From positions 89,868 through 153,867 of the forward strand of contig CAVYBH010000017.1 in NCBI GenBank assembly GCA_963766715.1: a DNA stretch of 64,000 nucleotides, read 5' to 3'. Made by a program: the position numbers and the translations under genes. A model generated the notes under the pieces. That model saw only the letters and a program-made list of their open reading frames with translations, made no database searches and was not told the DNA's origin. Below are positions 30,531 to 40,457 of this stretch, piece after piece. Each line of letters starts with the position of its first letter. Position 1 is the stretch's first letter. This DNA comes from an uncultured delta proteobacterium (GTDB lineage Bacteria; Myxococcota; Myxococcia; Myxococcales; Anaeromyxobacteraceae).

Positions 30531-30863
30531 CTACTCCTTCCGGGCCCGCGCCTGGGCGAGGGTCTCGATGCGATTGGCCACCTCGTCGATGCGGCGCCGC
30601 AGCGTCTCGATCTCGTCCCGCGTGGGGATCTTGAACTGGGCCGCTGCGCGCCGCACCCCGTCGTCGATGGCCCGCTCGACCTCGCGCCGCTGCTGGGTGA
30701 GCCGCTCGCCGAACTCCCGCGCGTGCAGCTTCACGTCCTCGGGCGTGAGCCCCGCGGCGTCCGCCAGGCGCCCGAGCACCTTCTCGGCCTCGGCCTCCGC
30801 GGCGTTGATGCCCACGAGGGCCTGCGACCACGCTTCCCGGAACCTTGCCTGAAGGTCTGCCAT
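30531..30863 (-). CDS. Phasin / PHA granule-associated protein family
   Basis: ATG 30863 (MADLQARFREAWSQ...). Helical protein ending in ...KIPTRDEIETLRRRIDEVANRIETL, resembling the PhaF/phasin (TIGR01837-like) C-terminal motif. Confidence 0.65.
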   Translation of the reverse strand: MADLQARFREAWSQALVGINAAEAEAEKVLGRLADAAGLTPEDVKLHAREFGERLTQQRREVERAIDDGVRRAAAQFKIPTRDEIETLRRRIDEVANRIETLAQARARKE

Positions 30864-30880
30864 CGACGCTCCCTTCCTGT

Positions 30881-31321
30881 TTACGCCTGACCGACCACCG
30901 GCTTGCGCGCCGGCTTGCCGCTCTTGCGCTTGCGGCTCTCGTCGAGGCGCTTGAGGATCTTGTTGATCTCGCGGGAGAGCTCGGCGACCTCCTCGCGGGT
31001 GGCCACGCCCAGGAACTTCAGCGCGGCGACCTGGAGGTGCTCGAGCCTCTCGGCGGCGTCGACGCGGAACTCCTGCGCCCGGTCCTTCCACTCCTCGGCC
31101 CGCTCGCGACCCACCTCCCGGATCTGCTCCAGGCGCTCGCGAACCTCGGCCCAGTCCTTCCCCGACACCTTCTGCAGCCGGGTGGAGACCTCGTGGAGGA
31201 GCTTCTGCGCCTCGGCCTCGAGCGTCTCGAGGCGGGCCTGGGCGACCTCGACGGACTCGCGGAGGAATCCTTCCACCTTGGGGTTGCTCTTCGTCGAGCG
31301 GCTCTTCTGGGCTTCGGCCAT
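30881..31321 (-). CDS. Phasin / PHA granule-associated protein family (paralogue)
   Basis: 146-aa ORF. It has the same architecture as the downstream gene and the motif GVATREEVAELSREINKILKRLD, plus a Lys/Arg-rich tail. Confidence 0.65.
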   Translation of the reverse strand: MAEAQKSRSTKSNPKVEGFLRESVEVAQARLETLEAEAQKLLHEVSTRLQKVSGKDWAEVRERLEQIREVGRERAEEWKDRAQEFRVDAAERLEHLQVAALKFLGVATREEVAELSREINKILKRLDESRKRKSGKPARKPVVGQA

Positions 31322-31424
31322 GATCGTTGCCTCCGTGGGGTTTGTGCCCCTCCGGGAGGGGCGATGTCACCCCACATGGATAACGCAACGCGTCAATCAA
31401 GTCAAGCGACGGCTGATTCTGCTG

Positions 31425-32493
31425 TCAACGTCCCCGGGATTCGGTGCCCACGGCCTCCTCGACCGACGCGAAGCCGTCCTTCCGGAGAAGCTCGGGCAGC
31501 TCCGCGAGCACGCGGCGGGGGAGCGCCGGGCCGGCGTAGATGAGCCCGGTGTAGACCTGCACGAGCGACGCGCCGGCGCGGATCCGGGCGTAGGCGTCGG
31601 CTGCGTCCATGATCCCACCCACCCCGACGATCGGGATCCGGCCCGCGGCCCGGGCGTAGGCGCGCCGCAGCGACGCGAGCGCGAGCGGGGCGAGCGGGGC
31701 GCCGGACAGGCCGCCCGCCTCGGCGGCACGCGGGTGCGAGGCCACCGGACCCTGGCCGCTGGATGGTCGTGTTGGTGGCGATGATCCCGGACGCCCCGCA
31801 GCCGACGGCGACGTCGACGGCCTCGTCGAGCGCCTCGGGCGCGAGGTCGGGGGCGAGCTTCACGAGGAGCGGCTTGCCGAGCGGCCGGGCGCGGTCGACG
31901 CACGCGCCGAGCAGCCGCTCGAGCGGCCCGCGCTCCTGGAGGGCGCGGAGCCCCGGCGTGTTGGGCGAGGAGAGGTTCACCACCAGGTAATCGGCCCAGG
32001 GGTGGAGCGCCTCGATGGCGGCCAGGTAGTCGTCCGCGGCGCGCTCGTTGGGAGTGTCCTTGTTCTTCCCCACGTTGACCCCGACGATCCCCCGTCCGTC
32101 CCGGGCGAGCCGGGCCAGGCGCGCGCCGCAGGCCTCGACCCCCTGGTTGTTGAAGCCCATGCGGTTGACGAGGGCCTGGTGCTCGGGGAGCCGGAAGAGC
32201 CGGGGGCGCGGGTTGCCGCCCTGGGGCCGGGGGGTGATGGTCCCCACCTCGACGTGGGAGAAGCCGAGGGCGTGCAGGCCGGGGACGAGCACCTCCCCCT
32301 TGTCGAATCCCGCCGCCATGCCGAGCGGGCCGTCGAACTCGAGCCCCAGGCAGCGAACGCGCAGCGAGGGGTCGGGGCGGGGGCGAAGCGCAGCCCCGGC
32401 GCCGCCCAGGAGGCGCAGGGCCCCGGCCGCGAGCGCGTGGGCGCGCTCGGGGTCGAGCTGGAAGAGCAGCTTCTTCGCGGCGGTCCAGGCCAT
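31425..32493 (-). pseudogene. pyrD: Dihydroorotate dehydrogenase (quinone, class 2); frame broken once (~31750)
   Basis: ORF 31402..32493 reads GMAAGFDK, GFNNQG, VNLSSPNTPGLR and ...IIATNTTIQRP. It then continues in ORF 31425..31745 as ...ASHPRAAEAGGLSGAPL...PIVGVGGI...LVQVYTGLIY* after a +1 jump. Confidence 0.85.
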
Positions 32494-32497
32494 GGGA

Positions 32498-34693
32498 TCA
32501 GGACCGCGGCTCGCCGAGCCGCTCCCGGAAGAACCGGATCTCCAGCTCCCCGAGCCGCTCGGCGGTCGTCGGATCCGCCGGCAGATGGGTCACGTTGGCG
32601 AGCGGCACGAAGGTGGCGGGCCCGCCGGCGCGGAAGAGGGCGTCGGCGAGCTTGAGCGAGTGGAGCAGGTAGACGTTGTCGTCGGCCGTCCCGTGGATGA
32701 GCAGGAGCGGCGCGTGATCCTTGCCGGCCAGGCCGGTGAGCGAGCTCCGGTCGTAGGCCTCCGGCGCCTCGGCCGGCAGGCCCAGGTACCGCTCGGTGTA
32801 GTAGGTGTCGTAGTCGCGCCAGTCGACCACCGGGGCGCCGGCCACCGCGGCCCGGTACACGTCGGGACGGCGAAGCGCAGCCAGCGCCGCCATGTAGCCC
32901 CCGAACGACCACCCGGTGATGCCGACGCGATCGAGGTCCATCTCCGGCACCAGCGCGCCCAGGGCGGCGAGCGCGTCCACCTGGTCCTCGAGCGCCGGCC
33001 CGGCGAAGTCGCCCTTCACGGCGCGCTCGAAGTCGCGCCCCTGGCGGGCGGTCTCGCCCCGGTTGACGATCTTCACGATCAGGAAACCCTGGTCGGCCTT
33101 CCACTGGGCGACCGGGGAGCCGCCGCGCATGCCGAACGGACCGAAGCGCGTGGGCCCTCCGTAGACCTCGACGATCACCGGGTACTTGACGCCGGGGCGG
33201 AAGTCCCGCGGACGCACCAGCGCGGTCCACAGCCCCCGCTTCCCGACCTGCCGCAGCTCCGGCCGCGCGCGGAAGGGCGGCTCGAGGGCCACCGACGGGA
33301 GGACCGCGCGCTCGGTCCCGTCGCGGCCGTGCACGGTCGTCCGGGGGCCCTGTCCGGCGCGGGTGGACGTCACGAGCAGCGCCTTGCCTCCGTCGGCGAG
33401 CCGGGCCGTCAGTCCCACCGGGCGCTCGCCGGGCAGGACGACCTCGACCGGGGCCGAGCCGGGACGCACCCGGAAGAGCCGGTCCTGCGTGGCGTCGCCG
33501 CGCGTTCCCAGGAACCAGACCTCCCCGTCGTCCGAGACGCCCACCAGCCCGACGTAGCCGAGCTCCCGGGGCGCGACGTCCGCCACCCGGGCGCCGTCGG
33601 GGCCGCGAAGCTCCAGCTCGGCGCCGCCGCTCCGCTCGGTGAACCAGAGGAAGCCGGAGCCGTCGGGCATCCAGCGGAGCGCCGCCGAGTTGAGGTTGAG
33701 CCAGGCCGGGTCCTTCTCGACCAGCAGGACCGCGGTCTTCCCGGTGGCCGGGTCGGCCCGCAGCACCGCCTCCTCGGTCTGGGACCGGTTCTGGACGACG
33801 AGCAGGAGCGGAGCCCCCTTGGACCAGCGCACCTGGGCCAGGTACGGGTAGCGGTCCCGGTCCCACTCCACGAAGGTGGGCGTTCCGCCCTCGGCGCCGA
33901 CCACGCCGAGACGCACCCGCGTGTTCGCCCTCCCGGCGCGCGGATAGGCGAACTGGACCGGGGCGCGCTCCGGGCGCGCCGGGTCCTGGATCGAGAGCTT
34001 CTCCACACCGGAATCGTCCGCCTCCTCGAAGGCGAGGAGCCGCGAATCGGGGGACCACCAGTAGCCCTCGGGGCGGTCCATCTCCTCCTGGGCCACGAAC
34101 TCGGCGAGCCCGTGCGTCTTCCACTCGGTGGCGCCCGACGTGAGCGTCCGCGAGGCCCCGCTGGCCAGGTCGAGGACGCGGAGCTCCCCTCCCGCCACGT
34201 AGGACACGAGCTTCCCGTCGGGAGAGAGGCGCGGGTCGAGCGAGCCCGCCGGGAGGGCCAGCCGGCGCTTCGCGCCCGACGCCCGATCCACGGCGTAGAC
34301 CCGGCCCCCGACGGAGGCGAGGAGCGTCGCGCCGTCGTGCGACACCTCGAAGTGGGTGATGCCGCGCGCCGTGATCCGCTGCCGCTCCAGTCGGGCCTTC
34401 TCCGCGTCGGAGAGCTCGGCCGGCTCCGACGCGAGCAACGCCTCGGCGGTGAGGAGCTCCCGGGTGGTCCCGCTCGTCACCTCGGTCGCGTAGAGCGACT
34501 GCACGCCGGACCTCGGCCCCGACCGGAGGAAGATCACCTCGGACCCGCCGGGCACGATCACGGCGCGGGCGGGGTGCCCGGCCCTGTAGGCGCGGGTCTC
34601 GGCCGACTCCCTGAGGAAGGAGGGGGGCCCGGAAGGCGGGGGCGCGGCGGGGGCCGCCAGCAGCGCGATCCCGAGCAGGAGGGCATTCGTCAT
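32498..34693 (-). CDS. S9 family peptidase (dipeptidyl-peptidase IV-like), secreted
   Basis: Intact 731-aa ORF. N-terminal signal-like MTNALLLGIALLAAPAAP, a beta-propeller-sized N-terminal half, and a catalytic GWSFGGY serine motif, with ...GTADDNV and HLP downstream. Confidence 0.85.
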   Translation of the reverse strand: MTNALLLGIALLAAPAAPPPSGPPSFLRESAETRAYRAGHPARAVIVPGGSEVIFLRSGPRSGVQSLYATEVTSGTTRELLTAEALLASEPAELSDAEKARLERQRITARGITHFEVSHDGATLLASVGGRVYAVDRASGAKRRLALPAGSLDPRLSPDGKLVSYVAGGELRVLDLASGASRTLTSGATEWKTHGLAEFVAQEEMDRPEGYWWSPDSRLLAFEEADDSGVEKLSIQDPARPERAPVQFAYPRAGRANTRVRLGVVGAEGGTPTFVEWDRDRYPYLAQVRWSKGAPLLLVVQNRSQTEEAVLRADPATGKTAVLLVEKDPAWLNLNSAALRWMPDGSGFLWFTERSGGAELELRGPDGARVADVAPRELGYVGLVGVSDDGEVWFLGTRGDATQDRLFRVRPGSAPVEVVLPGERPVGLTARLADGGKALLVTSTRAGQGPRTTVHGRDGTERAVLPSVALEPPFRARPELRQVGKRGLWTALVRPRDFRPGVKYPVIVEVYGGPTRFGPFGMRGGSPVAQWKADQGFLIVKIVNRGETARQGRDFERAVKGDFAGPALEDQVDALAALGALVPEMDLDRVGITGWSFGGYMAALAALRRPDVYRAAVAGAPVVDWRDYDTYYTERYLGLPAEAPEAYDRSSLTGLAGKDHAPLLLIHGTADDNVYLLHSLKLADALFRAGGPATFVPLANVTHLPADPTTAERLGELEIRFFRERLGEPRS

Positions 34694-34747
34694 TCCGGGG
34701 TCTCTATCACGGGGGCACGGCCCCGTTCCACACGTGCGGTGAACGGA

Positions 34748-35215
34748 TCAGAGCGGCTTGTCCATCACCAGCGCGTCTTCCCCGTCCTCGGCGTAGTAGC
34801 GGGGCCGGACGCCCACCTGCCGGTAGCCGAGCGAGGCGTAGAGCGCGATGGCCGGCTGGTTGGTGCGCCGCACCTCGAGCATCGAGACCCGGGCCCCCTG
34901 CTCGCGCGCGACCCGCTCCACCTCGGCGAGGATCCGCCGCGCCACCCCGCGGCGGCGGGCCTCGGGCGCGACCGCCACGTTGAGCACGTGCAGCTCGTCG
35001 TGGACCAGCCACACCACGGCGAATCCCAGGATGGGACCGGCGCCGGCGTCGGTGGCGAGCAGGACCGTGGAGAACTCGTGCAGGAGCTCGCGCCGGATCA
35101 TCTCCTCCGACCAGGGATGGGAGAAGGCGTCCCGCTCGATCTCCATCACCCGCGGGAGATCGGCCTCCCGCATCCGCCGGAACCCGACGGGCGGCGGGGC
35201 GCCCTCCCCGCTCAC
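34748..35215 (-). CDS. rimI: Ribosomal-protein-alanine N-acetyltransferase
   Basis: GTG 35215 overlaps the upstream stop (GTGA); ATG 35173 is the alternative. Motifs: MEIERDAFSHPWS, the GNAT motif A VAPEARRRGVARRIL, and LEVRRTNQPAIALY. Confidence 0.8.
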   Translation of the reverse strand: MSGEGAPPPVGFRRMREADLPRVMEIERDAFSHPWSEEMIRRELLHEFSTVLLATDAGAGPILGFAVVWLVHDELHVLNVAVAPEARRRGVARRILAEVERVAREQGARVSMLEVRRTNQPAIALYASLGYRQVGVRPRYYAEDGEDALVMDKPL

Positions 35216-35983
35216 GGACGCGCGCCCAGGTCGACGAGCACGCGAATGTCGGCGCGCGCGCGCAGGTCGGCGAGCAGCGCCTTCGTCTCGGCGTCGGCGC
35301 GCGAGGAGGAGAGCCGCGCGCCGAATCTCGTCGGCCACCTCGGCGAGCGGTCGGCCGCCGACCTCGGCCGGGTGCGCGGCGTACCAGGCCTCGACCTCGG
35401 CCGGCGTGGCGCGCAGGCGGCCCAGCCGCGACTCGAGGTATCGCCGGACCCGGAGGGTGCGGCGCAGGTTGGCGACCAGGTCCTCCTCGGTGACGTCGAT
35501 CTCGAAGAGGAAGGCCTTGTAGTCCTTCGGCGAGCGGAACTCGGCCTTGAAGCGCGCCAGCTCCGCGAGCGCGGCCGCGCGGTCCACCTCGAAGACCTGG
35601 AGCCGGACCGCCTCGTCGAGCAGCAGGATCTGGTCGACGTACCAGTCGAGCGAGGCTCGCAGGACGGCCCCGTCGAGCGGGACGAACGCGGCCTCGATTC
35701 CTCCCCGGGCCACGATGGCGATCCGCCCCTCCTCCGTGACCTTGGTCAGGGTGACGACCCGTGCCTCCCCGCCCCGGGTCCGCACCACGGCCACCACCTC
35801 GTCCGCCACGCGACCTCCGGACGGGGCGTCCTTGCCTCCGGGGCCGGCATCGACGGGACGGGCCGGCCACGGGCCCAGGAGCCCCCCCGCGAGCGCCACG
35901 GAGAGGGCGAACCGCCGTCCGGCAGCCGCGAGGGGTCTCTTCACGGGGCGAATTGTAGTCCCACACACCCGTCCGGGCGACAA
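35212..35983 (-). pseudogene. SurA N-terminal-domain-like periplasmic protein; frame broken once (~35315); start uncertain (ATG 35983 or GTG 35944)
   Basis: Signal-like KRPLAAAGRRFALSVALAGGLL. Chaperone-like region: ...LDWYVDQILLLDEAVRLQV...FKAEFRSPKDYKAFL.... After ...EVADEIRRA the plausible ending LSSSRADAETKALLADLRARADIRVLVDLGARP* is in the +1 frame. Confidence 0.5.
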
Positions 35984-36023
35984 CCAACGTTGACGGTTGC
36001 CCCTGGCGCGTTAGCTTTTTCCC

Positions 36024-36989
36024 GTGCCCGAGCGAGACCTGTATGACGTCCTCGGCGTGAGCCGGGGCGCCTCCACCGACGACATCCGGAAGTCCTACCG
36101 GAAGCTGGCCAAGAAGTACCACCCCGACATGAACCCCGGGGACAAGAAGGCGGAGGAGAAGTTCAAGGAGATCACCGCCGCGCACGAGGTCCTCGCCGAC
36201 GAGAAGAAGCGCAAGCTCTACGACGAGTTCGGCCCGGACGCCCTGCGGACCGGCTTCGACGAGAAGGCCGCCGACCAGTACCGCCAGTGGCGGCAGCACG
36301 GCGGGCGCCCCGGCCAGGAGGTCCCCTTCGACCTCGGGGACTTCTCGACCGTCAACGTCGGGGGGATGGGCGACTACGACTTCGGGTCGATCTTCGGCGA
36401 CCTGTTCGGCGGGGGCGGCGGACGGCGCGGGCGGCGGCGCGGCCCACCCGCGGCCATGCCCGGGAGCGACGCCGAGGCCGAGCTCCAGGTCGACCTCCGC
36501 GACGCCGTCCTGGGCGCCGAGCGCGACCTCCGCATCGACGACAAGACGCTCCGGGTGAAGATCCCCGCCGGCGTCCACGACGGGTCGAGGATCCGCCTGG
36601 CCGGCCAGGGAGGCGAGGGATCGAACGGCGGGCACGCGGGCGACCTCTACCTCGTCGTCCGGCTGCGCGAGCATCCGGCGGTCCGCCGGGACGGGCGCGA
36701 CCTGTACCTCGATCTCCCCCTGACCGTGCCCGAGGCCGCCTCCGGGGCCGAGGTCGTCATCCCCACCTTCGAGGGGCAGGTCCAGCTGAAGATCCCCGCG
36801 GGGACCCAGTCCGGCCGCCAGCTCCGCCTCCGGGGCCGGGGGCTCCCGGACCTCAAGGGCGGCCCGCGCGGCGACTTCTACGCGGTGGCGAAGATCGTGC
36901 TTCCGGAGGAGAGCGACGCACTGCGTGAGGCGGTGAAGCCGCTCCAGGATCTCTACAAGTCCGACCCTCGCGCCGGCATCTCGTTGTAG
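36024..36989 (+). CDS. J-domain co-chaperone without zinc finger (CbpA/DnaJ class II-like)
   Basis: GTG 36024. J domain: [31 protein letters not shown]. It has a Gly-rich linker and two DnaJ C-terminal beta domains ([43 protein letters not shown]). There is no CxxCxGxG repeat. Confidence 0.85.
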   Translation: MPERDLYDVLGVSRGASTDDIRKSYRKLAKKYHPDMNPGDKKAEEKFKEITAAHEVLADEKKRKLYDEFGPDALRTGFDEKAADQYRQWRQHGGRPGQEVPFDLGDFSTVNVGGMGDYDFGSIFGDLFGGGGGRRGRRRGPPAAMPGSDAEAELQVDLRDAVLGAERDLRIDDKTLRVKIPAGVHDGSRIRLAGQGGEGSNGGHAGDLYLVVRLREHPAVRRDGRDLYLDLPLTVPEAASGAEVVIPTFEGQVQLKIPAGTQSGRQLRLRGRGLPDLKGGPRGDFYAVAKIVLPEESDALREAVKPLQDLYKSDPRAGISL

Positions 36990-36998
36990 AAGGGCGCC

Positions 36999-37766
36999 AT
37001 GGGAATCTTCGACCTCTTCGGCTCCCGCGAATCGCGCGAGCAGGCCAGCCTGAAGAAGCTGGGCCAGAAGATCACGCAGAAATGGGGCCCGGCGGAGAAC
37101 CGCCAGAAGGCCATCGAGCAGCTGGGCGAGCTCGGCTCCCCGGCGGCCCTGAAGACGCTCTGCCTCCGCTTCACCATCCGCGCCGAGGTGGGCATCCAGG
37201 ACGACGAGGAGAAGGAGCAGGCCCGCGCCATCCTCGTCGCGGCGGGACCGAAGGCGCTCGGCCCGGTGCGGGAATTCGTGGCCGAGCAGGAATCGGGCGT
37301 GGCCTGGGGGCTCCGCGTGATGGCCTCGCTGGCGCCTCCCGAGGAGGTCCTGGCCACCGTGCTCGCCCTCCTGAAGAAGCTGGGGAGCGAGTACACCCGC
37401 GACCCGGAGAAGAAGCTGGTGCTGCTCGCCTGGCTCCGCGAGCACCCCGACCTGGCCAACCGCATCCCGGCCGGCGGCCCCGCGCTCGACGAGGCCATCG
37501 TGCCGCTCCTCGAGGACTTCGTGGACGACGTGCGCATCGGCGCCGCCCGCGCCCTGACCATCTCGCCGCGCTCCGACCTGGCCCGGGAAGCCATCCTGGC
37601 GCTCCTGCTCCGGGACCGCGACAACGCGCGGGTCCGCGGGGAGGCCCTCCAGGCCTTGCACGAGCTCGGCGCCGACGTGAAGGGGCACCGGAACGACGTC
37701 GAGGCCCTCCTGGTGGAGCCCTGGTACCTCGATCGCGAGGGGCGCGTGAAGCGCCGCGGGACCTAG
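36999..37766 (+). CDS. HEAT-repeat-like helical protein
   Basis: 255-aa ORF starting 9 nt after the J-protein stop. It has repeated helical units with ...AIEQLGELGSPAAL... and ...RIGAARALT... resembling HEAT/PBS-lyase repeats. Confidence 0.55.
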   Translation: MGIFDLFGSRESREQASLKKLGQKITQKWGPAENRQKAIEQLGELGSPAALKTLCLRFTIRAEVGIQDDEEKEQARAILVAAGPKALGPVREFVAEQESGVAWGLRVMASLAPPEEVLATVLALLKKLGSEYTRDPEKKLVLLAWLREHPDLANRIPAGGPALDEAIVPLLEDFVDDVRIGAARALTISPRSDLAREAILALLLRDRDNARVRGEALQALHELGADVKGHRNDVEALLVEPWYLDREGRVKRRGT

Positions 37767-37788
37767 CCCCGCCACGACCGGACCGCGA

Positions 37789-40302
37789 GTGGACTCCGCC
37801 GACGCCAGCCAGAAGGCCCCCCGCGATCCGCGCCGGAAGCGCCGGCTCGCCGACCGCTGGTTCGATCCCATCCACCTCCCCGAGGGGCTCGAGGAGGAGA
37901 CGGCCCGGCTGGCCGCGCGCGGCAGCGTGGTCTTCGTGGCCCGCTCCTCGGGGCTCATCAACTACCTGTACGTGAAGTGGCTGGTGCGCCGGCTCGGGCT
38001 CCCGCCGCTTCGCGTCGCCATGAACTTCGTGGGGCTGTTCGGCTGGCTGGCGGCGGTCTGGCGCAGCCGGCGCGCGCTGGTGGACGCGGCGGCGCGGGGC
38101 CAGTCCACCGCGGTCATCTTCCTGAACGGGCACGAGGAGAGCCAGCCGCCCTTCGAGGCGCTCGTGGAGCTCCAGCGGGGACAGGAGCGCCCCATCTTCC
38201 TCGTCCCGCTCATCCTGGTCTGGAGCCGCCGGGCCCAGCGGGTGGTCCCGCCCATCTGGGAGCTGGTCTGGGGTTCGCCCGAGTCGCCCACCACCCTTCC
38301 CGCGGCGGTGGCGTTCCTGCGGAACTACAAGCGCGCCTTCCTCCGGGTGGGCCGCCCCATCGACCTCCAGGCCTTCGTCGCGGAGAGGCCGGCGGAGGCG
38401 GACGCCCTGGTGGCTCGCAAGGCCAAGGGCACCATCCACCACCACCTCGCCCGCGAGCTGCGCGCCGCGGTGGGGCCTCCGCTGCGAACCCCGACCCGCG
38501 TCGAGGACAAGGTCCTCCGCGACCGGCACCTCCGCGAGGTCCTCGAGCACGTCGCCGGGCAGAAGGGGCGCTCGGCGGCCTCGGTCCAGCGGGAGGCGCG
38601 CCGCGACCTGCGCGAGATCGCCAGCCGGTACTCTCCCCTCTTCATCGACATGATCCGGCCGATCTTCCGGTGGATCTTCCAGACCATGTACGACCGGGTC
38701 GAGATCGACGAGAAGGGGCTCGCCGAGGTCCGCCGCCTGGCCGCCGAGAAGCCGCTCGTATTGACTCCAAGTCACAAGAGCCACGTCGACTACATGCTGC
38801 TCTCGTGGGCCTTCTACGAGCACGGGCTCATCCCGCCCCAGGTGGCCGCGGGCATCAACCTGTCCTTCTGGCCCTTCGGCTCGCTGGCCCGGCGCGCCGG
38901 CGCCTTCTTCATCCGGCGCAGCTTCAAGGGCGACAAGATCTACAGCGCCACCCTGCGCGCCTACGTGAAGTACCTCCTGCGGGAGCGGTTCACGCAGGAG
39001 TTCTTTCCGGAGGGCGGCCGGTCCCGGACCGGCAAGCTGCTCTTCCCCAAGACCGGCCTCTTCTCCATGGAGGTCGACGCCTGGGGCGACGGCGCGGTGG
39101 ACGACGTCCTCTTCGTGCCCATCGCGGTGGACTACGAGCGGCTCGTCGAGGGCGCCTCCTACGTCCAGGAGCTGGCCGGCGGGGAGAAGAAGAAGGAGAC
39201 CTTCGGGGCCCTCCTCCAGACCCCGCGCGCGCTGCTGCGCCGCTACGGGCGCATCTATCTGCAGTTCGGGACGCCGGTCTCGCTGAAGGAGCTGGCCGAG
39301 AAGCAGCTGGGCACCGGGGCGCCCTCCCTCACCCTCGACGGGGACGAGCGGAGCGCCGACTCGCGCCGCTCCCTCATCCAGCACCTCGCCAACCGGGTCC
39401 AGTGGGGCATCGCCGAGGTCGTGACGGTCACGCCGGTGAGCCTGGTCGCGGCGGCGCTCCTGTCGCACGTCCGGCGCGGGATCTCGGCCTCCGAGGTGGC
39501 CGAGCGCGTGGGGTTGCTCCTTCGCATCGCGAAGGGCGAGAACGCCCGGATCGCCACCGCGCTGTCGGGCGCCCCGGCGAGCCCGCTCGTCCCGGGCCCC
39601 ATCCACGACGCCGTGGCCACCTTCGCCGCCAACAAGGTGGTGGAGGCCCAGGAGGCGTCGGGGCAGGTCATCTACCACGTGCCCGACGCGAAGCGGACCT
39701 ACCTCGACTTCCACCGCAACGCGATCCTGAATCGCTACGTGGGGCTCTCGCTGGTCGCCCAGTCGGTCCGGTCGCACCCCGCGGGCGCTCCCGTCGACGA
39801 GGTCCGCGACGACGTGCGCTGGCTCTCCCGGCTCTTCCGGCTCGAGTTCATGTACCCGGTGGGATCCACCCTCGACGCCGTCTTCCGGGAGAAGCTCGAC
39901 CAGCTGGTGCAGCTGGGCGCGGTCAGCGAGGCCGACGGGCTGGTCCGTCCGGGGCCGGAGCGCCCGAGGCTCGACTTCCTCGCCGACCTGACCCGGCCGT
40001 ACCTGGAGGCCTACCGGGTGGCCGGAGAGGCCGTCCAGAGCGCAGGGCTCGCCGGGTCGGTGGTCGACAGGAAGGCGCTCGTGAAGCAGGCGCTCGAGCG
40101 CGGACACGCCGAATTCCTCTCGGGTCACGTGCTGATGCGGGAGTCGATCTCCAAGGCCACGCTCGAGAACGCGATGGAGTGGATCGGGAGCCAGGGCGCC
40201 TTCGAGACCGGCCCCGACGGGAAGCGAACCGTCGCGGCCCCCTGGCGCGACGAGGCTTCGACGCACCTCGTCGAGAAAATCGGCCGTTTCCTGGCCACTT
40301 GA
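37789..40302 (+). CDS. plsB: Glycerol-3-phosphate 1-O-acyltransferase
   Basis: Intact 837-aa ORF. Acyltransferase block I is PSHKSHVDYMLL (H-x4-D). Also present: FFIRRSF, FPEGGRSRTGK and VPIAVDYERL. The size and block order fit PlsB. Confidence 0.85.
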   Translation: MDSADASQKAPRDPRRKRRLADRWFDPIHLPEGLEEETARLAARGSVVFVARSSGLINYLYVKWLVRRLGLPPLRVAMNFVGLFGWLAAVWRSRRALVDAAARGQSTAVIFLNGHEESQPPFEALVELQRGQERPIFLVPLILVWSRRAQRVVPPIWELVWGSPESPTTLPAAVAFLRNYKRAFLRVGRPIDLQAFVAERPAEADALVARKAKGTIHHHLARELRAAVGPPLRTPTRVEDKVLRDRHLREVLEHVAGQKGRSAASVQREARRDLREIASRYSPLFIDMIRPIFRWIFQTMYDRVEIDEKGLAEVRRLAAEKPLVLTPSHKSHVDYMLLSWAFYEHGLIPPQVAAGINLSFWPFGSLARRAGAFFIRRSFKGDKIYSATLRAYVKYLLRERFTQEFFPEGGRSRTGKLLFPKTGLFSMEVDAWGDGAVDDVLFVPIAVDYERLVEGASYVQELAGGEKKKETFGALLQTPRALLRRYGRIYLQFGTPVSLKELAEKQLGTGAPSLTLDGDERSADSRRSLIQHLANRVQWGIAEVVTVTPVSLVAAALLSHVRRGISASEVAERVGLLLRIAKGENARIATALSGAPASPLVPGPIHDAVATFAANKVVEAQEASGQVIYHVPDAKRTYLDFHRNAILNRYVGLSLVAQSVRSHPAGAPVDEVRDDVRWLSRLFRLEFMYPVGSTLDAVFREKLDQLVQLGAVSEADGLVRPGPERPRLDFLADLTRPYLEAYRVAGEAVQSAGLAGSVVDRKALVKQALERGHAEFLSGHVLMRESISKATLENAMEWIGSQGAFETGPDGKRTVAAPWRDEASTHLVEKIGRFLAT

Positions 40303-40332
40303 CGGTCGTCATTCGACGCCGTCTCTTCTTTC
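40301..40332 (+). terminator. Possible intrinsic terminator after plsB
   Basis: Imperfect hairpin gacggtcg-tcatt-cga(cg)ccgtc (5 bp + 3 bp with a 2-nt bulge) overlaps the stop codon and is followed by tcttctttc. Confidence 0.4.
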
Positions 40333-40457
40333 AAACCTCGTCACGTTCGGGCTATCCTCCCCGCCCTGCCCTCGTTCTCCGCACCGGGAGCGCGAGCGCG
40401 TTGTGCCCCACCATCCACACGGATCACACGGAAGAACTTCCCGAGGAGAACCACACG

